Origin: a virus
IMG/VR virus record: IMGVR_UViG_3300042384_000288
Span: 1 to 64,000 of that record
Length of the DNA: 64,000 bases
Direction: 5' to 3' (one strand)
In this document: one piece after another, positions 7,472-15,208 of the stretch
How the letters are laid out: each line of letters opens with the position of its first letter
How positions within the stretch are numbered: the first letter of the stretch is position 1
Position numbers and translations under genes: made by a program
Notes under the pieces: model-generated
The model's input: only the letters and a program-made list of their open reading frames with translations
Told to the model about the DNA's origin: nothing
Databases searched by the model: none

Positions 7472-10306
7472 TTAGTAGCTGTTTTGTAATAATCCTGATG
7501 CGTACTTGTTATTTTGTTGCATTGCTGACAAAATACTATTTAATATATCAGATTGTGCTCGAAGTGCACCAGTTATTGCACTGCCTTCTAAGTTTACAGG
7601 AATTGACTTGTTATCCGGTAATGGCACTACTGCTTCAGTTCCGTGCAAGGTTGCAGAATACCCGCTTAATGACCCGCTGGCAATACCACCTTTGGCAAAG
7701 CCTGTAGCATAGTCAGACATTTTTGCACCAGCACTAGACTCTGTCAGGCCAGTAACATAGTCTGACATTTTTGTACTACCGCCAGACTCCAGGCCAGTAA
7801 CATAGTCTGACATTTTTGTACTACCGCCAGTCTCTTTTATTGATGCATCAAGTTTAGAACCGCCTTCACCTATTAGATCTTTGGCTTTGTCTAACTCACT
7901 TTGTATTTCTTGTTTTAGTTTTGGCCAACCGCGTGCAAAATCTAATATCTCTCGTGCGGTGTTTTGATCAACAACTTCACCGCCAAGAGTCCAAGATCCG
8001 TTATCTTTATCTCCTACCCACTTAAGTGCAGCGGCTGCTTCTAAGAAATAACCGGCGATTGACCCTTTACCTTCAGAAGTTATCGCTTGCATACTATTCA
8101 TTGCTTGGCTAGTTAGTTGACCTACTGATAAATTTCCTAATTTACCTAAGATTTCTTTAGATTCTTTAGCATCAGAAGTTATCGCTTGCATACTATTCAT
8201 TGCTTGGCTAGTTAGTTGACCTCCTGATAAATTTCCTAATTTACCTAAGATTTCTTTAGATTCTTTAGCACTAGTAACTTCTGCAGGACCTTTAACAATT
8301 TCTGGTCCAGCTTCACCTACTATACCTGTTTCGCCGGCTGGAATAGTACCTCCTTCAGCGTACAAGGCAGGTCCCGAATCATTAATCATCTGTTGGTATT
8401 TTTCATCAGATGATTTCATTCCTTCAGTACGTTTTTTCTCGTCTTTAGCCGCTTCTTGTTTATATTTTTTAGGATCAGATTTTTTAAGTTGTTCTAATTC
8501 TTCTTGGCGTCTTTTCTTTTCGTCAAGCACTCGCTCAGCAGCTTCGTCTATAGCTTTGTTGCCGCTCTGACCAAATGTTTTGTCAATGATTGATTGTAAG
8601 CCTTCGAGCATTGCCTTACTAACATCAGCAAATTTCTTAATAGGTACATCCATCATTTCTTGCATTTTAATTTTTAATTGTTGTGCCGCTTGTTCTGCAG
8701 CCATTAGACTTTCTTGGTATCCGCCTGCAGCCCCCGCTGCTTTATCTCCTTGAGCAATTGATTTTTTAAGATTTTCGCTGTTAAGTTTTAGACTTTGTTG
8801 TCCTTGACTATCAAATGCCGCTGCAAGATCTGCGTTTTTACCAGTAGCAATGGCAGCCATACTCACTGCACGCCCTACTTCATCTGTAGCTTTTAAATAT
8901 CTATCACCTTGTTGTGCAAACCCGCCAACCATATCTACTACTTGTGCGCCACCACTATTTAATGAATCAGCAAATACTCTACCACCATCTGCGGCACCTG
9001 TTAAGTTAGCGCCTACATCTGTAACTGCACCTCCTAGCACTGTAGCTTGTATGGCGGCTCTACGTTGAGTTTCGTCCATTAGCGCAAGACTAGCTTTTAC
9101 CCGACTAGGTAGTCCAGGATCGTTAGTTTTACGAGCAATTTCGTTTACTTTAGAAAAGAATGCATATTGCTCAGCTTGTTTTTTTGCTTGATCCATTCGC
9201 TGTTTAGCATCTTCACCTGTAATGTTTGCTACAATACGCATGTTTTTAGCTAGATCAAGAGTAGCTTCTGCTACTGCTTTATTAGTAGTTGTACCGCCTG
9301 TACCTGTTCTACGCAAATCACTGATAATTTGTGCAGAAAGTTCTGCTTGTTCTTGAAATCCAAATCCTAAGTTTTGCATTTCTCTTTGTAAGGTTTGTCC
9401 ACTGCGGCCAGTAGTTCTTGCAAACTGACTAGTAACATTGGCCATCATCTTAGCACCATCGCTAACTGTATAGCCTGCTTCTGCTAATAAAGGTGCTGTA
9501 TTTTTTACTGCACCAGAGAATTGCTCCACAGTCAGTCCTGCCATACTACTGTAGCGGCGCATGTCATTCATACCATTAGCAAACATTGCGCCTGCACTGT
9601 TCATTTCATGGAAAGATTTTACTGTTTTTTCTACTTCTTTTTGTAGTATTTCAACTCCAAACTTAGCCAGTTTGTTCATTGAATCGGCACTCTTATCTAA
9701 GACGATACCGAATATCTCTAAGGCAGCAGCCGCAACCATACCGGCTGGACCAAATCTCATCAGCATAGGTGCAGCGGCTTGTAATCCCTGGCCTAAGGCT
9801 TTGGTTCCTGCTGTTGCTACATCAATACCAGCAGTCATTAGTCCCGAGGCTAAGTCTACACCAGTAGCATTACTTTGTAACCCTTTAACAAAGTCACCAG
9901 CACCTTTTACTGCCGCAGATGCCATGCCCGAGGCAGCTTTTGTTGTGGCTTCTTGCATTCCTTTCATGCTAGCTGACGTTTGTAGTGCGTCGCGTTGTGC
10001 TAACAATGCTGCTTTTGTTTGTTCTGCGGCTAATTTTTTAGTAGCGTCTTGCTCATCTTCCATTGAATCGGTTAGATCCTCAATAGCAGAGTCAAGTTTG
10101 TTCAGCATGTCTACTTGATCTTTGTAGCCTTTAGCTCCCTTGGCTACTTCTTTGTTAAGTTTACCAAGCTCTTTTTGGAAATCAGCAGAATTTTTTTGAA
10201 TATTTTTGACAAAAGACGATAGAGTTTTGTCGCTTATTCCAAACTTTTCTTGAAGTTGATCTAGAGCTTGCTGTAAGCCTTCAATATCTATTTCTTGATC
10301 TGCCAT
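7472..10306 (-). CDS. Tape-measure-like protein
   Basis: 944 aa, Ala/Gly/Gln-rich and helical; C-terminal YAEGG..GIVGEAGPE and FAKGG..LHGTEAVVP motifs; adjacent to the tail chaperone pair. Confidence 0.75.
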   Translation of the reverse strand: MADQEIDIEGLQQALDQLQEKFGISDKTLSSFVKNIQKNSADFQKELGKLNKEVAKGAKGYKDQVDMLNKLDSAIEDLTDSMEDEQDATKKLAAEQTKAALLAQRDALQTSASMKGMQEATTKAASGMASAAVKGAGDFVKGLQSNATGVDLASGLMTAGIDVATAGTKALGQGLQAAAPMLMRFGPAGMVAAAALEIFGIVLDKSADSMNKLAKFGVEILQKEVEKTVKSFHEMNSAGAMFANGMNDMRRYSSMAGLTVEQFSGAVKNTAPLLAEAGYTVSDGAKMMANVTSQFARTTGRSGQTLQREMQNLGFGFQEQAELSAQIISDLRRTGTGGTTTNKAVAEATLDLAKNMRIVANITGEDAKQRMDQAKKQAEQYAFFSKVNEIARKTNDPGLPSRVKASLALMDETQRRAAIQATVLGGAVTDVGANLTGAADGGRVFADSLNSGGAQVVDMVGGFAQQGDRYLKATDEVGRAVSMAAIATGKNADLAAAFDSQGQQSLKLNSENLKKSIAQGDKAAGAAGGYQESLMAAEQAAQQLKIKMQEMMDVPIKKFADVSKAMLEGLQSIIDKTFGQSGNKAIDEAAERVLDEKKRRQEELEQLKKSDPKKYKQEAAKDEKKRTEGMKSSDEKYQQMINDSGPALYAEGGTIPAGETGIVGEAGPEIVKGPAEVTSAKESKEILGKLGNLSGGQLTSQAMNSMQAITSDAKESKEILGKLGNLSVGQLTSQAMNSMQAITSEGKGSIAGYFLEAAAALKWVGDKDNGSWTLGGEVVDQNTAREILDFARGWPKLKQEIQSELDKAKDLIGEGGSKLDASIKETGGSTKMSDYVTGLESGGSTKMSDYVTGLTESSAGAKMSDYATGFAKGGIASGSLSGYSATLHGTEAVVPLPDNKSIPVNLEGSAITGALRAQSDILNSILSAMQQNNKYASGLLQNSY
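7710..7834. repeat. Three imperfect ~45-48 bp in-frame repeats (KMSDY[V/A]TG)
   Basis: atagtc[a/t]gacatttttg occurs three times; the protein reads STKMSDYVTGL twice, then AKMSDYATG. Confidence 0.85.
8073..8270. repeat. Near-perfect 2 x 99 bp tandem duplication (33 aa)
   Basis: tcagaagttatcgcttgc...ttctttagca starts at 8073 and 8172; one substitution (Val/Gly). Confidence 0.95.
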
Positions 10307-10330
10307 TTTTTAACCCCATTTTTACGCACC

Positions 10331-10364
10331 ATAAATAATATTATGGTACTATCAATTATTTATA
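10331..10364. promoter_or_regulatory. Pair of oppositely oriented late promoter boxes
   Basis: ATAAATA (+) at 10331-10337 for the gp26-like gene; TATAAATA (-) at 10357-10364 for the tape-measure gene. Confidence 0.65.
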
Positions 10365-10375
10365 GGATTTAAATC

Positions 10376-11239
10376 ATGGATCAAACATCGCAACCTACAG
10401 TAAGTCATAACCCGTTAGTAAAGCATTTTAGACAACCAGCAATTTATTTAAAACTGCCTAGCGGTGGTCAATTTTGGCCTGAAGGGAGTTTAGACCTACC
10501 GTTAAATGGTGAGATTCCTATTTTACCAATGAGTACCAAAGATGAAATTACGCTTAAAACACCAGATGCACTTATGAACGGTCAAGGTGTAGTAAACGTA
10601 ATTGAAAGTTGTTGTCCGAGTATCAAGGACGCATGGAAAACTCCTAGCATTGATGTAGATGCACTAATTATTGCTATACGTATTGCTAGTTATGGTAATG
10701 CTATGGATATAGAATCTTCATGTCCTAAATGCAACGAAGCTAACGAATATAGTATTGATCTAGGTAATGTATTATCTAATATAACTCCAGCAACATACGG
10801 TGGAAAAATATCCGCGGACGAATTAAAAATTAAACTGCGGCCACAGGCTTATGTTAATGCTAACAAATCAAGCATGATATCATTCGAAGAGCAACAGATT
10901 CTAAGAACCTTGGCGCAAATCGAAGACAATCCAGAAGAAGCTAAAAAAGCATTTGATCAGCAGCTAGCTAAACTGATCAATATAAACATTAGTATGTTAG
11001 CTACTAGCACAGATTATATCGAAACACCCGACGGACAGATTGTAACAGATCCTACGTATATTGAAGAATTTTATAATAATTGCAATAGTGGTGTTATCAA
11101 AGCGGTTAGAACACAACTAACTGAATTTAATAATGCCAGCGGAATTAAACCAGTAGCTGTAAAATGCAATCACTGCGAACATGATTTTGAAATTGGTATC
11201 ATGTTTGATTATTCAAGTTTTTTCGGAAAAGGCTCTTAA
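10376..11239 (+). CDS. gp26: Baseplate hub / tail assembly chaperone (T4 gp26-like)
   Basis: RQPAIYLKLPSGG, PMSTKDE, DVDALIIAIRIASYG and two CxxC pairs (CPKC, CNHC); ends in SFFG. Confidence 0.75.
   Translation: MDQTSQPTVSHNPLVKHFRQPAIYLKLPSGGQFWPEGSLDLPLNGEIPILPMSTKDEITLKTPDALMNGQGVVNVIESCCPSIKDAWKTPSIDVDALIIAIRIASYGNAMDIESSCPKCNEANEYSIDLGNVLSNITPATYGGKISADELKIKLRPQAYVNANKSSMISFEEQQILRTLAQIEDNPEEAKKAFDQQLAKLININISMLATSTDYIETPDGQIVTDPTYIEEFYNNCNSGVIKAVRTQLTEFNNASGIKPVAVKCNHCEHDFEIGIMFDYSSFFGKGS
11218..11224 (+). promoter_or_regulatory. Putative -1 ribosomal frameshift site T TTT TTC
   Basis: Fits X XXY YYZ in the frame of the upstream gene (AGT TTT TTC); the -1 frame continues FRKRLLTLENNAVLAMIQG without a stop. 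Confidence 0.65.
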
Positions 11240-11265
11240 CACTAGAGAACAACGCAGTTCTAGCT

Positions 11266-11454
11266 ATGATACAGGGCTATGAACGTGATGTAAGAGCCTT
11301 AAAAGATGATGCGTTACGAATGAGTTGGTATATGCGTGGTGGTTTAAGCTACGACGATGCTATGATGTTAAGCGTAACTGAACGCGAACTGATAGGTAAG
11401 ATAATCAAAGATAATATGGAAACTACACAGAAATCAAGGCTGCCTTTTTTTTAG
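11266..11454 (+). CDS. gp51: gp51-like hub assembly peptide, probably made as a -1 frameshift extension of 10376..11239
   Basis: WYMRGGLSYDDAMMLSVTERE motif; frame is open back to 11221 across a T-TTT-TTC heptamer; no obvious SD before ATG 11266. Confidence 0.65.
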   Translation: MIQGYERDVRALKDDALRMSWYMRGGLSYDDAMMLSVTERELIGKIIKDNMETTQKSRLPFF

Positions 11455-11478
11455 ACGTAGTTGTTCTTAAAGTAAGTT

Positions 11479-11505
11479 AAAGGCTATATTCGTATAGTCT
11501 TTTTT
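11479..11505 (+). terminator. Intrinsic terminator after the chaperone pair
   Basis: AGGCTATA-TTCG-TATAGTCT followed by a T run. Confidence 0.8.
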
Positions 11506-11619
11506 ATTGACTAGTGTTTAAGATGTCTTAACGACATCTGCATTTATCGCTTGCGCTCAAATGCTTTTTCTTCTAATCTAATTAATCTAATTTACTTTGA
11601 ACTACTGTATGTTCTTCTA

Positions 11620-11990
11620 ATGCTTTATCCAGATGTAGGTCATACTTCACCTATCCGCTAGGCAAAGTATAAGAGACTCTTTATCCGAGTGCTACTATCA
11701 TACTAACTAAAAGAGATTGTATTCAATTACACGGAGGCGGTCAGCCGGTACCCCCTACTCTTGCTTCATCTGGCGGATGCTAATATAGCCGTAGTTAGCC
11801 AACTATATTAGTCACGTGGGTTGTATCTTTTTCACAGTGCCCACATCATTTGGTTTTTACACCTAATTTTATATTGTTTGATCGCTTTTTACAGCACAAT
11901 ACGGTTCTTGCCATCAAGTGTGTAGTCTAGTCTACACGTTCCATTCGGGGCCATTACGCGACCGAAATCTCCTCTTGATACAGCGCATGC
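11620..11990 (-). ncRNA. Large structured non-coding RNA of unknown class (~370 nt)
   Basis: ORF-free region with about ten nested stems, a long-range CCAGATG/CATCTGG helix and an 8-nt loop pseudoknot. Mismatches on + become G-U pairs on -. Confidence 0.75.
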
Positions 11991-12001
11991 TGCAGCAGTG
12001 G

Positions 12002-12436
12002 CTATTTTGTAATCTTTAAGTCTTTTACGGAATTTTTACCAAGTTTAAGTTGAATAATGCCATTGTAGTTGTTTTCACGCAACAATACATCTTCCTTAAA
12101 TTGATAATAGGCTTCCAAGTAATTAGTTTCGCCTCGGGAGTTGCACAGATGTACAATTTCACGAGTAAATTTCTCTTTGCCTAGTGCGCTAATGTCTTCC
12201 ATTAAACGCTGTGATGAGCCCCAATATGTTTTCCAGTCTGTTTCTATGACTTCGTGTCTTTTGTTTTTCTTGCCTTTTAGAGGTGGTCTCTTTTTGATAG
12301 TAATGAAGTATTTGCGGCCAATGTAATCATGACCATTTACTGTGTTGGTAATTCTATATATAAAGCCATAATAAGTTTGAATATCCTCGGAGTTAAATAT
12401 TGTGCCATTATAAGTCCAAGGATAATCGTATACCAT
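12002..12436 (-). CDS. Minimal GIY-YIG-family nuclease (catalytic domain only)
   Basis: GFIY...YIGRK, YWGSS, E (NYLE) and NYN motifs; 144 aa with no appended NUMOD/HTH domain. Confidence 0.8.
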   Translation of the reverse strand: MVYDYPWTYNGTIFNSEDIQTYYGFIYRITNTVNGHDYIGRKYFITIKKRPPLKGKKNKRHEVIETDWKTYWGSSQRLMEDISALGKEKFTREIVHLCNSRGETNYLEAYYQFKEDVLLRENNYNGIIQLKLGKNSVKDLKITK

Positions 12437-12444
12437 ACTGCTAT

Positions 12445-12630
12445 TTATTTCGCAGACATTGCATTTTTCTTCTCTTGGATTTCTGCTCTTCTTGCTTTGG
12501 CTAATTTAGCTAAATCACCTAATGCACCACGAGCACGTGCCGCTGCTGCTTTAACGCCTTTGTCTTCAAACTTTGCGCTTTCTTCTGTGTAAACAGCTAC
12601 CGCTGCTAAAATATCTTCATGAATTGACAT
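12445..12630 (-). CDS. Small basic histone H1-like (Hc1-type) protein
   Basis: KFEDKGVKAAAARAR...LAKLAKARRAEIQE motif; AAGGAG SD and TTAAATA box upstream. Confidence 0.7.
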   Translation of the reverse strand: MSIHEDILAAVAVYTEESAKFEDKGVKAAAARARGALGDLAKLAKARRAEIQEKKNAMSAK

Positions 12631-12675
12631 TATATGTCTCCTTGTTGTTGTGTATTTAACCGCCTATAGTGGTGG

Positions 12676-13356
12676 TTAAATTATTTTCTTACAGTTGATA
12701 CCATGCCACCTTGCATAATTTCCAATTGATACTGTTTTATCACAATATGGGCATGTTTTTGGAGGTAGTTTATTAATTCTGTCAGCTACCTCCGGTTTAC
12801 CCCACGATGGATTCTTTTCTTTCTTAAAACCAACGTTTGGGTTTCCTTTGAGAGCCTTGCTTAAATTTTTATTATGTTCGGCCGGCCTATTTTTATTATA
12901 TTCTTTTAACTTAATGCTTTTCTTTTGTCTAGTTTCTATAGAATCAGTATGTCCGAACAATGGAGATAATTCTCCTCTTTTTCCGTAAGATGGATTTTTA
13001 TCTCCTTGCCTTGCTAAACTTTTCTTTTGTTTAGTCGCTTCAGAATCCTTACTTCCAAGTCGATTCCCTGCATCAAAACAAGCATTGCTTCTATTATAGC
13101 TCAATGGATGATTTTTAGCATCTAACAGTATTAGGTACTTTGTTTCTAATTCTCTAATATACTTGGCTTCTCCTATAGCTAAAATTTCATAGCACCACTC
13201 ATTACGATTTTCTAAAATAAGAGGTTTAACAATAAGACTTGAGCAAATATATTTTTCATGACGGTTAGGATTCCATCCTTTTTGTGTTTTAGATCCAACA
13301 TACCACATTCCTGTGGGGAGGTGAGTCCATCTATATAGATAAGGTATTGTATTCAT
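12676..13356 (-). CDS. Free-standing homing endonuclease (GIY-YIG variant with NUMOD3-like repeats)
   Basis: PYLY...WYVGSK, ELE and SYN motifs; SEATKQKKS, DKNPSYGK, SIETRQK repeats; C-terminal CPYC..H..C. Likely start MNTIPY at 13356 with GGAG SD. Confidence 0.8.
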   Translation of the reverse strand: MNTIPYLYRWTHLPTGMWYVGSKTQKGWNPNRHEKYICSSLIVKPLILENRNEWCYEILAIGEAKYIRELETKYLILLDAKNHPLSYNRSNACFDAGNRLGSKDSEATKQKKSLARQGDKNPSYGKRGELSPLFGHTDSIETRQKKSIKLKEYNKNRPAEHNKNLSKALKGNPNVGFKKEKNPSWGKPEVADRINKLPPKTCPYCDKTVSIGNYARWHGINCKKII

Positions 13357-13364
13357 AAGATACT

Positions 13365-13427
13365 CCAGTAAAGTAATAAGGGCTATCTGTGTTACTGGCA
13401 CAGAAGGATGATCAAGTCCGTTCGCCC
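13365..13427 (-). ncRNA. Structured leader (three-way junction + pseudoknot onto SD) of the homing endonuclease gene
   Basis: GGGC/GCCC closing stem, GGA/TCC hairpin and CTGTG-CCAGTAA-CACAG hairpin; the loop is the exact complement of TTACTGG overlapping GGAG. Confidence 0.6.
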
Positions 13428-13435
13428 ATTAATAT

Positions 13436-15208
13436 TTATGCAATATCTACATCAGTCGAATATGACGTGAAACCATTCTCCTTAACTACACGCATTACAT
13501 TGTCAACTCGACCTGCTAATTCATCTTTATGACTTATGAGCCAAACTGACTTACTACTTTCTCTAGTCATTTTCTTAAGCATAGCAAGAGCATTTTCAGT
13601 ACCACTAGAATCAAACCCGTTGTCTATTAATTCATCGATGAATACTAAGTTAATTGGTTGATATAATGATTCATATACATCTCTAAAAGCAAAACTTAGA
13701 CTCAATATTACTCTGGTCATCTCACCGCGGCTAAGATTGTAGAAGTCTAACTCTCTGCCTAATTCTTGTATTTCTACACTTAGATCATTTAAAAATTTAA
13801 CACTGTGTGGTAAGCCAATTTTATCTAAGTAATAGCCTAATCGAGCATTTAAGTAGCTTAAGTTTTGATCAATAATACGTTTACGTATAAACGAATCTTT
13901 GTTTGTTAATAGTTTTAATAAAAACTCTTGATGTTCCTTGACACGCATTAGTTCATTCATTACGGCGTAATCAATTTCAGCTAAGGCTGTAGTCTTCATC
14001 TCTTCAATTTGTTCATCGTAAGGGTCAGTTTCAGCAACTTTGCCCGCTAGCTGTGTTTGTAAGCTAGCTACTGTGCTACGATGATGGATAGCATCTTCTT
14101 CCTTATCGTAGAACACATTAGGTTGTTGACCCAACTCGCCTAGCTCTTTTCTAGTTGCTTGGAATAATTGTAGTTGACCGAACAACTCAATGTACTGTTG
14201 GTGTGCTTCTGCTAAGATAGCTTTTTTACCTGCTAGTACTTCTTCATGTTTATTATCGTGGAATGTTTGCCCACAAGCATAACAAGTATGCGCTTCCAAA
14301 TCACTAATTTCTTTTTCTGTCTTGTCTACGAGCTTTTGTTCTCTGACACAATCTGCGTCAGCACGTAAGATAGCTTTATCTAAGTCACCCAAATCTTTAC
14401 GCTTTTGATTATATGCTGTAAGGTCTTTGTGTGCTTGTATTTCACTATCGATATCGATCTTTAATAGTTCATCTAAGGCAGTTTGCAGTTTTGTTACGTC
14501 TTCTGCATGTTTGGTAGTCCACATAGTTTGTCGACGCTTTAGGCTCTCAATTTGCTCTTGAATACGGCCATTTGCGTCAGTAATCGCCTTAATATTGAAC
14601 TCTTCTTGTTGAATTGCATCCTTAGTAGCCTTACTCTGTTCTTTTAGTAGATCAGCTTTTTCACTAAGCAAGGTAATACCAAGCAACTGCTCAATAATAG
14701 TACGTTGTTCATTTGCCTTAAGGCTTAGGAACGGTTCTGTATAGGTATTAAGTGCTACAATATGCTTGAACATATCGTGGCTCATACCTAGCAAGCGTTC
14801 AATTTCCTGCTGTGTTTCGCGGCTGTCACCTTGGCTGTTATCGTCTTTGCTTTCCTGTTCTTGATCACCGATATAAAACTTTAGTACATTGTGTTTACGG
14901 CCACGCTCGATACGATAGCTTTCACCTTGTACTTCAAAATCAATAGTAACCAGCATACCTTTGGCATTGGTCTTGTTAATTAAATTATCTTTACGAATAT
15001 TAGTAAGTGCTGTACCGTACAGAGCGTAGCTTAGTGCATTAATGATGGTAGTTTTGCCTGTACCATTACGTGCTCCGCTGTCGTCTCCACCTAAGTCAAT
15101 GTTCTCACCTAAGACTAAGGTCAAGTCTCTACGGTCAAACTCAACTGCTTGAGTAGCATTACCTACACTCATAAAGTTGCGTACGGTTAAATTCTTAATT
15201 CTAAACAT
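13436..15208 (-). CDS. gp46: Recombination endonuclease ATPase subunit (gp46/SbcC/Rad50-like)
   Basis: Walker A NGTGKT, coiled coil with CYAC zinc hook, LSRGE signature, Walker B FIDE, ISH. Confidence 0.95.
   Translation of the reverse strand: MFRIKNLTVRNFMSVGNATQAVEFDRRDLTLVLGENIDLGGDDSGARNGTGKTTIINALSYALYGTALTNIRKDNLINKTNAKGMLVTIDFEVQGESYRIERGRKHNVLKFYIGDQEQESKDDNSQGDSRETQQEIERLLGMSHDMFKHIVALNTYTEPFLSLKANEQRTIIEQLLGITLLSEKADLLKEQSKATKDAIQQEEFNIKAITDANGRIQEQIESLKRRQTMWTTKHAEDVTKLQTALDELLKIDIDSEIQAHKDLTAYNQKRKDLGDLDKAILRADADCVREQKLVDKTEKEISDLEAHTCYACGQTFHDNKHEEVLAGKKAILAEAHQQYIELFGQLQLFQATRKELGELGQQPNVFYDKEEDAIHHRSTVASLQTQLAGKVAETDPYDEQIEEMKTTALAEIDYAVMNELMRVKEHQEFLLKLLTNKDSFIRKRIIDQNLSYLNARLGYYLDKIGLPHSVKFLNDLSVEIQELGRELDFYNLSRGEMTRVILSLSFAFRDVYESLYQPINLVFIDELIDNGFDSSGTENALAMLKKMTRESSKSVWLISHKDELAGRVDNVMRVVKENGFTSYSTDVDIA

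Noticed and set aside
11455-12001. Group I or group II intron, tRNA or tmRNA as the identity of the structured gap
   Set aside because: It interrupts no gene. CCCCCTACTC resembles a group II domain VI end on +, but there is no domain V before it and G-U pairing favours the - strand. No ordered P/Q/R/S elements or cloverleaf were found.
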